NCBI GenBank assembly: GCA_030867685.1
Contig: JAQOWU010000008.1
Location: 3,224,001-3,288,000 of the forward strand
Source of the DNA: Wickerhamiella versatilis
Taxonomy: Eukaryota
Length of the DNA stretch: 64,000 nt
Direction: 5' to 3'
Shown here: one piece after another, positions 18,241 to 27,217 of the stretch
Position numbering within the stretch: position 1 is the stretch's first letter
How the letters are laid out: every line of letters begins with the position of its first letter
Notes under the pieces: model-generated
What the model saw: only the letters and a program-made list of their open reading frames with translations
The model's database searches: none
What the model was told of the DNA's origin: nothing
Made by a program: the position numbers and the translations under genes

Positions 18241-19479
18241 ATGTCTAAAGGAAAGGTTTGTTTGGCTTATAGCGGCGGTCTTGATACTTCCGTAATTCTT
18301 GCATGGCTTCTTGATCAGGGATATGAGGTTATTGCTTTTTTGGCCAATGTAGGCCAAGAGGAGGACTTTGAGGCTGCCAATGAGAAGGCTCTGAAGATTG
18401 GTGCCACAAAATTTATTGTTGAGGATGTTCGAGAGGAATTTGTTAAGGAGCTCTGCTTCCCTGCCGTCCAGTGTAATGCCGTGTATGAGAACGTATACCT
18501 TCTGGGAACTTCTTTGGCTCGCCCTGTCATCTCTCGGGCTCAGATCCGCGTAGCTGAGCGTGAGGGATGCTTTGCTGTCTCACATGGCTGCACGGGTAAA
18601 GGAAATGACCAGGTGCGATTCGAGCTCGCTTTCTATGCCCTCAAGCCCGATGTGAAGGTCATTGCTCCGTGGCGTGACCCAGAATTCATCAATCGCTTTG
18701 CTGGACGCACAGATCTTCTCAACTATGCGGCTGAGAAGGGAATTCCAGTCGCTCAGACCAAGTCGAAGCCGTGGTCCACCGATGAGAACCTTGCTCACAT
18801 TTCTTATGAGGCAGGTATTCTCGAAGATCCGGACACGACTCCCCCTAAGGATATGTGGAAGCTGACTGTTGACCCCGTCGATGCTCCTAATGTCCCTGAA
18901 CACTTCACTGTTGTTTTCAAAGATGGTCTGCCCGTCAAGCTTGTCTACAAGGAAGGTGAGGTCAGTGACCCTGTCGACATTTTCTTGACAGCAAACAAGA
19001 TTGCTCGCCGCAATGGTGTGGGCAGAATTGATATCGTTGAGAACCGCTTTATTGGGCTTAAGTCGCGAGGATGCTATGAGACCCCAGGGTTGACTCTTTT
19101 GAGAGCTGCCCACATCGATCTCGAAGGGTTGGTCCTTGATCGGGAAGTTCGCGCTATCCGTGATCAATTCGTCACACCTACCTTCTCACGCATCCTTTAC
19201 AATGGTCTGTACTTCTCACCTGAGGGCGAATACACCCGTGCTCTTATTGACCCCTCTCAACATACTGTGAATGGCCAGGTCCGTGCACAGGCTTACAAGG
19301 GTGGAATAATGATTCTAGGACGTTCTTCTGAGACTGAGAAGCTGTACGATGCCCAGGCTGCATCTATGGATGAGCTCACTGATTTCGACCCCACTGACAC
19401 CACGGGCTTCATCGCGGTGCAGTCGATCCGTATCAAGAAGTATGGTGAGGCCAAGTTAGAGAAGGGTGGGTCCTTTTAG
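18241..19479 (+). CDS. ARG1: Argininosuccinate synthase
   Basis: LAYSGGLDTS, HGCTGKGNDQVRFE and SRGCYETP motifs. Confidence 0.98.
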   Translation: MSKGKVCLAYSGGLDTSVILAWLLDQGYEVIAFLANVGQEEDFEAANEKALKIGATKFIVEDVREEFVKELCFPAVQCNAVYENVYLLGTSLARPVISRAQIRVAEREGCFAVSHGCTGKGNDQVRFELAFYALKPDVKVIAPWRDPEFINRFAGRTDLLNYAAEKGIPVAQTKSKPWSTDENLAHISYEAGILEDPDTTPPKDMWKLTVDPVDAPNVPEHFTVVFKDGLPVKLVYKEGEVSDPVDIFLTANKIARRNGVGRIDIVENRFIGLKSRGCYETPGLTLLRAAHIDLEGLVLDREVRAIRDQFVTPTFSRILYNGLYFSPEGEYTRALIDPSQHTVNGQVRAQAYKGGIMILGRSSETEKLYDAQAASMDELTDFDPTDTTGFIAVQSIRIKKYGEAKLEKGGSF

Positions 19480-19537
19480 ATAGATACATAGATAGACATA
19501 TATATACAGATATATATATAGATATCTACTAGATACA
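19477..19537. repeat. Degenerate TAGA/TA microsatellite in the ARG1 3' region
   Basis: tagatagatacatagatagacatatatatacagatatatatatagata. Confidence 0.6.
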
Positions 19538-19739
19538 TTTTCTATTGACATTTGTAATTTTACCCTGGTAGTTTAGGCATTTCTATATGTTCTATATTTT
19601 TAGTCACAATTTGCAGCGTTTCACAGCTTGATGGAAATTTAGCATTGCTCACGTTGATTTTCTATATTTAATACCTTTTGATGCCTTGCACTATATAAAG
19701 GAGCATCTATCTACATAACAGATGACATAATATACTAGC

Positions 19740-20375
19740 ATGATCCTGCAGTGGAGAGCGTTGTTTATCTTAAGTTCAAGTGCTAGTGCCTTGGGTACAA
19801 ATCAGCTTGCCAATACTGACAAAGTAGATACCTGGCAAGAGCATCATATGAAAATCGAACATGGTGTTGACTCATTTGACGCCAGAGCCTTTTTTGTACT
19901 TCATGACAGCGACAATAGTAAAACATGGACGAGGGACGACATACTGAACTTATACGGAATTAACAAGCAAAAGACAGTAGGCGATGGATCTGGTATGGGT
20001 ACCTCTGAAGAATCGACAGATATCACCCCAGAAGTGCAAGAAAAGGTTTACCAGAGTATCTTGGACTTGCTCGATCGTAATGGCGATGGTAAAATATCTA
20101 TTGACGAATGGCGTATGTTTTATGATGGTGGAGGTAAGCTTCCAGATTTCGGTCTTGGACCCGGCCACCATGGCGATTATGAGCATGAATATGAAGTCCA
20201 CCACTGGAAACAATTTCACGCGGATTCAGATCCCGATGTGAACATACAGCACCCTGAGGATGTGGAGCATGAAAGGCTTTACCACCAGAATGAACATCAT
20301 GATGACGGGTGGAATGATCATGACCCGACATGGGTGCGAGTCGATCGCATTCCTCTAAAATTCCGAAAAGAATAG
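19740..20375 (+). CDS. SSP120: Secretory-pathway EF-hand protein Ssp120
   Basis: Signal peptide, WQEHHMKIEH, FFVLHD, EF-hand DRNGDGKISIDE, GHHGDYEHEYEVHHW, terminal IPLKF. Confidence 0.85.
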   Translation: MILQWRALFILSSSASALGTNQLANTDKVDTWQEHHMKIEHGVDSFDARAFFVLHDSDNSKTWTRDDILNLYGINKQKTVGDGSGMGTSEESTDITPEVQEKVYQSILDLLDRNGDGKISIDEWRMFYDGGGKLPDFGLGPGHHGDYEHEYEVHHWKQFHADSDPDVNIQHPEDVEHERLYHQNEHHDDGWNDHDPTWVRVDRIPLKFRKE

Positions 20376-20412
20376 AAGACGATTTTACTTTTAGGAGAAC
20401 AACATTTAGAAA

Positions 20413-21339
20413 TTATAAAAAGTACTCAGTTCTTTGCATCTTTTGCGGAGCCATCTTGAGCGTGTCGTCCGGCACCGCATTAAAAATTGTAAACTTGGGA
20501 GCATTAACATCGTCAACTTTCATTACTGATGCCACATTACCACATCTGTAACAATAGTTAGGGGCACTCCATACAGTGACCACATCTTTATCTTTAAAAT
20601 GATAGCGGAAACCCTCCATGACCAGCTGGTGAGCCCGTGCGACCAGATCAAGGTTATTGACATGATTAAATTCACGTGCAACATCTGGTCCAAAGAGATA
20701 CCCAGCACCTCGACTGGAAACAACCCAATTTTCAGCAGTCTCGTCAGGATCACTCCAGACAAGGTCGGCAAAGCCGCCTTCATGGGGGATTTCCTGTGCC
20801 CGATTTAGGACCCGAATTTGATCTAACATCCGGATCTCTGGGCTGAGACCGCCATGCACACACAATATCTTTGCGTCGATAACAGCTGCTAGTGTCAAAA
20901 AGTCAAAAACCTGACAGCAATACTTCCAAACAGTTGTACTGCCATACTTTGAAAGACATTCATCATAAAATCCATAAGCTTGGGTTACCTGTCGTGACTC
21001 GTGGTTGCCTCGCACCAAAGTTAGGCGGGATGGGTATTTGGCCTTAAGACACATTAGAAGGGTGAAAGTCTCTAGGGAAAAAAAGCCGCGATCGACATAA
21101 TCACCCAGGAATATGTAGTTCACGGAGTCTGGAAGCCCTCCTGAGACACGGAAAAGCTCCAGTAGGTCGTGAAACTGACCGTGAATGTCGCCACATACTG
21201 TGACTGGTGAACTCACTGGTTGTATGTTGCTCTCCTCCATCAGGAGGGTCTTTACAAGTTCACAGAGTTGCTTTAAATCAGCCTCTGGTAAGAATTTGCA
21301 TTTCAAAATTGTTTCTAGCCATTCATCAGGACCGGCCAT
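20413..21339 (-). CDS. SIT4: PP6-type Ser/Thr phosphatase Sit4
   Basis: [10 protein letters not shown]-terminus, GDIHG, GDYVDRG, RGNHE, terminal YFL. Confidence 0.95.
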   Translation of the reverse strand: MAGPDEWLETILKCKFLPEADLKQLCELVKTLLMEESNIQPVSSPVTVCGDIHGQFHDLLELFRVSGGLPDSVNYIFLGDYVDRGFFSLETFTLLMCLKAKYPSRLTLVRGNHESRQVTQAYGFYDECLSKYGSTTVWKYCCQVFDFLTLAAVIDAKILCVHGGLSPEIRMLDQIRVLNRAQEIPHEGGFADLVWSDPDETAENWVVSSRGAGYLFGPDVAREFNHVNNLDLVARAHQLVMEGFRYHFKDKDVVTVWSAPNYCYRCGNVASVMKVDDVNAPKFTIFNAVPDDTLKMAPQKMQRTEYFL

Positions 21340-21405
21340 ATGCCTTATATGTTTGTCAGCAAAGTTACCTCAGTTTAGTGTTTGGATAGGCGAAACAAAA
21401 CTAAT

Positions 21406-22605
21406 CTATTGGTTTAGCCACTGTAAGGATTTAGGTGGGCTCCAAGTCAGAGCCTTTGTACATTGGAGTAGTGAGGGCATGGCACTGCCTCTTTTCAGTC
21501 TCAATACAAGATTTTTGGGGAAAACATTTGCCATTAGATAACCTGCGGCTATAAGAGAACCACATATTGCTTCTGCGGCAACAAAATCAGAGTCCAGCTC
21601 CTTTTCACCCCATATCTGTAAAGCAATTTGTACATCGGAGAGATTGATTTCATTAGGGGAGTCAAGAATTCGATAGAGAGTTCTCACTACAGCTCGATAA
21701 ACCAGAAGCGGCATATATGTTTGCAGCAGTGGTTCGAGCTTGCGCCGGGAAATCCAAGGGTGTTCTAAAATACTCTCCCAGTCTCTTTTTCCAAACTTTA
21801 TGCTGGTGATTATAGGCTGAAGAACGTCAGTAACGTTTAGCGCTTGCATGACCTCCTGCGTGGGTGGCCGCCCAACAAGGATGCTGGGGACGAATAACCA
21901 ATGAAGAACTATAACACGATTCGGTGACGTGCTGTTCAACCGATTGAATACCCAATCGAGATGAGCAAATGCCTCGACTGCGTTACCACGATACAGACAG
22001 TATCGACCAAGCCAGTACCTATACTCAACCTGTTCACGGATAGAAAACTCGCTTAGGGTAACAGCAGTAGAATTGACGCTGTCAAGCACTGGGCCACAAG
22101 CGATGGGCTGGCCAAGTGCAAAATAAACACGGCACAAGGCACTCGATACTACCAACAGACAGGACCGCTTTGTCTCCGATCTAGAAACTTGCAAATATCG
22201 CAAAAGACACGAGGCCAGCCACTCCGTTGTTTCTCGCCAGGGCTTCCAGATTTTTATTGCGATGCGGACTACTTCCCGAATGGTCTGGTTTAAACAATCG
22301 CCATCCCTGGGATCAGCCCAGGCGGCACTCAACGACATCAACACATGTGCAAAAAGGTCGAAAGACCTAATAGCACCATTTTGTGGATCAACATCGGCAC
22401 ACCAGTTCAAGTAGCTCTTTGCCAGCGCATCCAGTGCTGGGAAATCACTTTGGGGAACTTGTGAACTATGTGATCCCGGGTTCTTTCGCAGTTCTTTCTG
22501 AAGGGCAAAAACATGCTCACTAGAAATATCTATGCAAAATGCTTGGGCCAAGGCATCCGGTTGGCGACTCTCAACTGCCTCCAACCAGCCGGCTAGCACG
22601 CTCAT
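21406..22605 (-). CDS. PCI-domain protein (Thp1/Csn12/PCID2-like)
   Basis: LCRVYFAL, QVEYRYWLGRY and AEAICGSLIAAGYL winged-helix-like segment; ATG at 22605 assumed. Confidence 0.7.
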   Translation of the reverse strand: MSVLAGWLEAVESRQPDALAQAFCIDISSEHVFALQKELRKNPGSHSSQVPQSDFPALDALAKSYLNWCADVDPQNGAIRSFDLFAHVLMSLSAAWADPRDGDCLNQTIREVVRIAIKIWKPWRETTEWLASCLLRYLQVSRSETKRSCLLVVSSALCRVYFALGQPIACGPVLDSVNSTAVTLSEFSIREQVEYRYWLGRYCLYRGNAVEAFAHLDWVFNRLNSTSPNRVIVLHWLFVPSILVGRPPTQEVMQALNVTDVLQPIITSIKFGKRDWESILEHPWISRRKLEPLLQTYMPLLVYRAVVRTLYRILDSPNEINLSDVQIALQIWGEKELDSDFVAAEAICGSLIAAGYLMANVFPKNLVLRLKRGSAMPSLLQCTKALTWSPPKSLQWLNQ

Positions 22606-22672
22606 ACAGGTGGGTCTGCTGACATCAAAAGTTCCCCAATGGGTGCAGGGTGGAGCTACCCTCAAGGCATTG

Positions 22673-23443
22673 ATGGACTCAACCTTAGAGATAATGAAAT
22701 TGCAAAAAAAACCGACAGCTGAATCATTCCGTAAGCTGTCTCATTTTTTACGAGGTGCGAATGCTACCTATCGTCTGAGTTCGTTAAGATTTAGTGAAGA
22801 ACTTGTGAGCGCCTACTTCCTGGGATATAGTCCTCAAGATCTCCTAGAGCTTTATGAATCCTTCGAAGGAGAGCCTTGGCCAGATGATGATCCTGTTGCT
22901 GAGTCTATCGGTGAAGAGAATCTCTATGAATTTTATGGTCAGCCTCAATATCAAGGTCGCTACTATGATTACTTTAGGGACTGTCTTACTGAAGAGCCTG
23001 GTTGGGAAGAGGTCGTAAGACATCACTTGAAACAGCTTTGTCCAAGACTAGCTGCTGATAATTGGGCACCACTTGTGCATCTTGCAGCAGCAGTGGAGAT
23101 AGGTGGTTCAGGCACAGTTCTCGCCATGGAAGCTCTAGCAATGGCATGCGTAGGGAAATATGAGCCATTTTCGCCACCTGATATTCAATTTAATCATGAA
23201 GAACTGGTTTTGTTGGTTAAAAGGGCTTCGAGAAAAAGGAGCGCCAAAGCTTTGGTGGTAGCACAGGCACTCTGTGAGATAGTATTATCCTCGTCAGAGC
23301 GCATTTTTGCACAGCCTCAGGCAGAATTGCTTTTGAGAGGGGTTTCTGCGTTTGTAGACAAATTTCCAGATGGTGAGCCTGAGCCGCCGGATACGTTAGC
23401 CGAAAAACGAGCCCGAATATTCGCCAAACTATTTGTAAATTAG
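22673..23443 (+). CDS. Divergent questin oxidase / HypA / AflY-like (DUF4243) protein
   Basis: SAYFLG, YYDYFRD...GWEEVV and APLVHLAAAVE...AMEALA resemble the family pattern; ATG at 22673 assumed. Confidence 0.55.
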   Translation: MDSTLEIMKLQKKPTAESFRKLSHFLRGANATYRLSSLRFSEELVSAYFLGYSPQDLLELYESFEGEPWPDDDPVAESIGEENLYEFYGQPQYQGRYYDYFRDCLTEEPGWEEVVRHHLKQLCPRLAADNWAPLVHLAAAVEIGGSGTVLAMEALAMACVGKYEPFSPPDIQFNHEELVLLVKRASRKRSAKALVVAQALCEIVLSSSERIFAQPQAELLLRGVSAFVDKFPDGEPEPPDTLAEKRARIFAKLFVN

Positions 23444-23447
23444 TTTA

Positions 23448-25433
23448 TTACGCTAAATTAAAGTCATCTGTTGCCATATGCTTTCGTGCCGCAGCCATCA
23501 TTGCTTCTTTGCCCGACATAGGCTTCGCTGCAGGGCGTTTCTTCTTCTCGCCCTTGGACTTCAATTCCGAAGGTGCCTCTCGCAAACCAAATGACTTAGC
23601 TAAATGCCCAAAGTGTAATGTGTAGAGGTTGAATATTTTTCGCTCATCACTTGAATGTGTGGTATAGGCACGAATATGAGAACTAAATGCCTTTACTCCA
23701 AAAGAATGAAGATCCGGATCCTTCAACAGCAAACGTTCCATATTAAGATGCCATGTTGTTGCGTTATCTTGCCATTGGCTACCAAATCCTTGAGATAAGA
23801 TAGACGCATATGGTACCGTTGGCAGCGCCTCTCCGTGAGTTCCACTAATCTTCTCCGCATACTCCTGCTCTGCAGGGAGCAGGAAAAGTAAGGCAGAGCC
23901 TTGTTTACCAGCTCGCGCTGTTCTTCCCACACGGTGAAGATGATCTTCAACCGTAAACGACGGATCATACTCTATAACATGATCAATCGCGACATCCAGA
24001 CCTCGCGAAGCAACATCAGTACAGCACAGGATCGAGAGCCCTTCTGACTTTGCATATGCCGATAGAGTTTGCGCTCGCTGTGTTTGAGTAAGAGAGCCAT
24101 GAAGTCGAAATACCTTGACATCCTGTGATTTCATATCAAGAGTGTTCACGGGCCCAAAAGTCTCGTCTGGATTCATCTGTCCTCTTAAAAGTGCATAATG
24201 GAAGTTTACTGAATCTGAGCAGCTGAAGAAGATTGCAACCCTTCCAGAGCATTGCTTCAAGTACGCAGCTAGAGTGACAAGACGTAGTTTCGCGGGTATG
24301 ACAACTATTTGCTGCTTCAGCTGTGCTGGGGCTTGTTCCTCTGAGTTTTCACGTACCCATATAGGAGAAGTGAGAGCCAGTGTCTTTAGACGGTCTGTCG
24401 ATGAGCTCATCGTAGCGCTACACAAAACATTAATACAGTGAGTGGGAAGTGAATGGAAAGCCGAATATTTGAGCATCGACTGATTTCTGATCGTGCTCAA
24501 TATTGTCGTTAACGTCTCTTCAAAGCCAAGCTCCACGAGCCTGTCACCCTCGTCAAGAACTACCCATCTAACCTCAGCCAAATTGAGTGCCTTGGTATTG
24601 CCAAAATGATCAGCGATTCTGCCAGGTGTGCCAATAAGTATATTTACGCCCTTTCTTAGGCGCGACTTTTCGTGGTTTCTATTTTCACCACCGATAACTA
24701 GTCCTGGAACGAGCCAACGACAACAGCGACCTGCTAACTCACAAACATTATATATTTGAGTGGCCAGTTCGCGAGTCGGGGCTATTATTACAGCAAACAC
24801 ACCACTAGATCTCGATAAGTTTGGCTGTGTCATTAGTCTAGACAGGATTGGCAGCAGATACGCAAGAGTTTTACCACTCCCTGTCTCAGCAACAATCACA
24901 ACATCCCTTTCAGACTTATACAATGTGGGTAATGCAGCACGTTGTACAACGGTTGGATGATCAATTGCCATTTTCTCATGAAGATGAGCGACAAGTCTAG
25001 AATCGAGATCAAGAGCCGGAAAACTTGACCCTCCCAGTGGTGCATTTGAAGATGACCGTTCAGAGGATTCCTTAGGTGCATTGGTGTCATAATTGACTTC
25101 AGGATTGGAGGTGAACAGCGAACTCATGTATGTGTCACCGTCAAGTTTTTTTCTCTCTTGCCAGGCATCGTCCACTGGAGCATCTTTCTTACGTTTTTTC
25201 ACAGGATCTCTACTCTTTTGTTCGGAATTTGTGGTTCTTTTGCCAAGTATTTGAGGTTTTTTGGCAGAGGATTCTTCGGTCTTCTTACTGTGTTCCTGCG
25301 GTCTGCTTGGTTGCTCCACGCGCTGCCTTGATTCCTGCTGCCGCTGATTCCACGACAGCTTCTTCTTGGGTTTAGGCTTGGTGCCACTTGAAGTGAAATT
25401 CAACAGAAGGCCATCATTACCTTCTTCATTCAT
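23448..25433 (-). CDS. DBP7: DEAD-box RNA helicase Dbp7
   Basis: AETGSGKT, PTRELA, DEGDRL, SAT, HRVGRTAR and HFGHLAKSFGLRE motifs. Confidence 0.93.
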   Translation of the reverse strand: MNEEGNDGLLLNFTSSGTKPKPKKKLSWNQRQQESRQRVEQPSRPQEHSKKTEESSAKKPQILGKRTTNSEQKSRDPVKKRKKDAPVDDAWQERKKLDGDTYMSSLFTSNPEVNYDTNAPKESSERSSSNAPLGGSSFPALDLDSRLVAHLHEKMAIDHPTVVQRAALPTLYKSERDVVIVAETGSGKTLAYLLPILSRLMTQPNLSRSSGVFAVIIAPTRELATQIYNVCELAGRCCRWLVPGLVIGGENRNHEKSRLRKGVNILIGTPGRIADHFGNTKALNLAEVRWVVLDEGDRLVELGFEETLTTILSTIRNQSMLKYSAFHSLPTHCINVLCSATMSSSTDRLKTLALTSPIWVRENSEEQAPAQLKQQIVVIPAKLRLVTLAAYLKQCSGRVAIFFSCSDSVNFHYALLRGQMNPDETFGPVNTLDMKSQDVKVFRLHGSLTQTQRAQTLSAYAKSEGLSILCCTDVASRGLDVAIDHVIEYDPSFTVEDHLHRVGRTARAGKQGSALLFLLPAEQEYAEKISGTHGEALPTVPYASILSQGFGSQWQDNATTWHLNMERLLLKDPDLHSFGVKAFSSHIRAYTTHSSDERKIFNLYTLHFGHLAKSFGLREAPSELKSKGEKKKRPAAKPMSGKEAMMAAARKHMATDDFNLA

Positions 25434-25487
25434 AAAGTTATATTGATTATATAATTATTTTCAAGTCCTTCCTGGATAACTTTAGTT

Positions 25488-26159
25488 ATGTCTACTGGTG
25501 AGGAGCTCTTCGTCAACCAGCGTGATGAAGAAATGCCTGATATTGTAGAAGAAGATGATGATCCCGTTGTCAGCGAAACCCCAGTTTATTTTGCGGGTAC
25601 TGTGGGCAACGGTTTGTCTTTGCTTCAGTTTCCCACCCGTAAAGCTGGCCTGGCTGGAGCCAAGCACCCTGTTTGTGGGTTTAGATTGAAACCAGAGTCA
25701 CAGGTAGTGGAGACAGATGTTGCTGTTGATATGCCGTCTGAATTTCGTAATGATCTGCACCCAAGTCATGGGCAAGAAAACCAAACGTATGGTGGCATTC
25801 TAAAATCTGGAATTGGCAACTACGCTGTCGGCCATCTCAGCGAAGATGGATCTTTGCATTTAGCCCTAGTTTCAAGAAGTGGCCAGCTGCGGCCTAGCTT
25901 TGGTGGTGATGACCAGGGGGAGAAAAAATTCGGTGCCACACTGGCCAACCCACCACCCAACCCGGCACAGATCCGTAGCGTTAATCTAAGTGTCAAATCG
26001 ACAACGGAGCAAACTGCGAAGTATTCAGGAGTATTGGATTTTTGGAAAAAGGCTGCATTAGAGGAATTCAAGACTTATGATTTTATGAATCCTGAAGAAC
26101 CAACCGCTTATATTGAGAGCGTTAGCACAGATGATATACCAGTGCACGCAAGTTTCTAG
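25488..26159 (+). CDS. RPC37: RNA polymerase III subunit Rpc37/RPC5
   Basis: DDDPVVSETPVY, LLQFPTR, NYAVG and GQLRPSF motifs. Confidence 0.82.
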   Translation: MSTGEELFVNQRDEEMPDIVEEDDDPVVSETPVYFAGTVGNGLSLLQFPTRKAGLAGAKHPVCGFRLKPESQVVETDVAVDMPSEFRNDLHPSHGQENQTYGGILKSGIGNYAVGHLSEDGSLHLALVSRSGQLRPSFGGDDQGEKKFGATLANPPPNPAQIRSVNLSVKSTTEQTAKYSGVLDFWKKAALEEFKTYDFMNPEEPTAYIESVSTDDIPVHASF

Positions 26160-26264
26160 ATACGAATAATTATAGATGCAATGACCTTATGTATTTCTGG
26201 GAGATTTTCAACTCCTGTCCCAAGAGTCTTTACCACCAACGAGATTGTCCCGAGTAGTATTATT

Positions 26265-27176
26265 TTAATTAAACCAGATTTTGATTAGCTCCTCTGACAC
26301 TGCCGACGGTGTCAGAACACCTAAATCAGTGACCAATGCCGTGAGAAATCTATGAGGAGTGAAATCAATTGGAGGCGAATCTTTAAGATCGAATTTCACA
26401 GAAGGGTCGGTGGAAAATTCGTACTGGGGTGCCGGCAGGTCTGACGGACCAAGTGGAAAGCGCCGAACAAACTTGTGCGATTCGGCCATCACATATACTG
26501 GCTTTCCTACAGTTGAGGCCAGGACAGCTACTTGGCAAGACCCTATTTGGTTTATAACACCACCTGATTCTGCCACTCCTTCCGCGCCAACGAAAACTTT
26601 GTCGACTTTTTCAATCACGTAGGCTACGGCACAATCTGGAATGACGCATACCGGTATTCCAAACTCACGGAGTTTTTTGGCCGCAGCTGGTCCTTCTTCG
26701 CATACTCGGGCTTCAGTGATGTAAACTTGGAAACGGCGCAGGGACTTCGCACACAACTCGAGCAAACTCATCACAGCACGAGAGCGACCATGTACAAGTA
26801 TTGTGTCGTGGTCTCGTACTAATTTCTGCCCAATTTCCGCAATTTTGGTTCGGGCCTCACGAGCTCGATCAGCAAACAGCCTGCCATTCTTCACTAAATT
26901 TTGCTGGCACGCATCCCAATCACGATAATTATCTATATTCCGCAAAACGAACCGTAAGAACAAGTCACAACCAGCACTAAGGGACACTGAGTTACGAACG
27001 CTCGATTTAAGGGTCGTCGAAGCATTCTGAAGAACATCTATGAGCTCTGCACTTGTGGACGGCTTGACCACAGCTAAAAGGGATACCAAGCTGCGAATTG
27101 CAGCTACAGGCATCGTCATTTCAGCATCTTCGGCTAGAAATTGGAGATATGTGGCAACAATATCAAAAGAATCCAT
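26265..27176 (-). CDS. GCN3: eIF2B alpha subunit
   Basis: MPVAAI, SLSAGCDLF, VGAEGVAESGG, ESHKFVR, LTPSAVSEELI; ATG at 27176 matches the usual N-terminus. Confidence 0.95.
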   Translation of the reverse strand: MDSFDIVATYLQFLAEDAEMTMPVAAIRSLVSLLAVVKPSTSAELIDVLQNASTTLKSSVRNSVSLSAGCDLFLRFVLRNIDNYRDWDACQQNLVKNGRLFADRAREARTKIAEIGQKLVRDHDTILVHGRSRAVMSLLELCAKSLRRFQVYITEARVCEEGPAAAKKLREFGIPVCVIPDCAVAYVIEKVDKVFVGAEGVAESGGVINQIGSCQVAVLASTVGKPVYVMAESHKFVRRFPLGPSDLPAPQYEFSTDPSVKFDLKDSPPIDFTPHRFLTALVTDLGVLTPSAVSEELIKIWFN

Positions 27177-27217
27177 TCCTCCGTTGGTGCTTGGCCAACG
27201 AAATTTGCTGACGCAGC

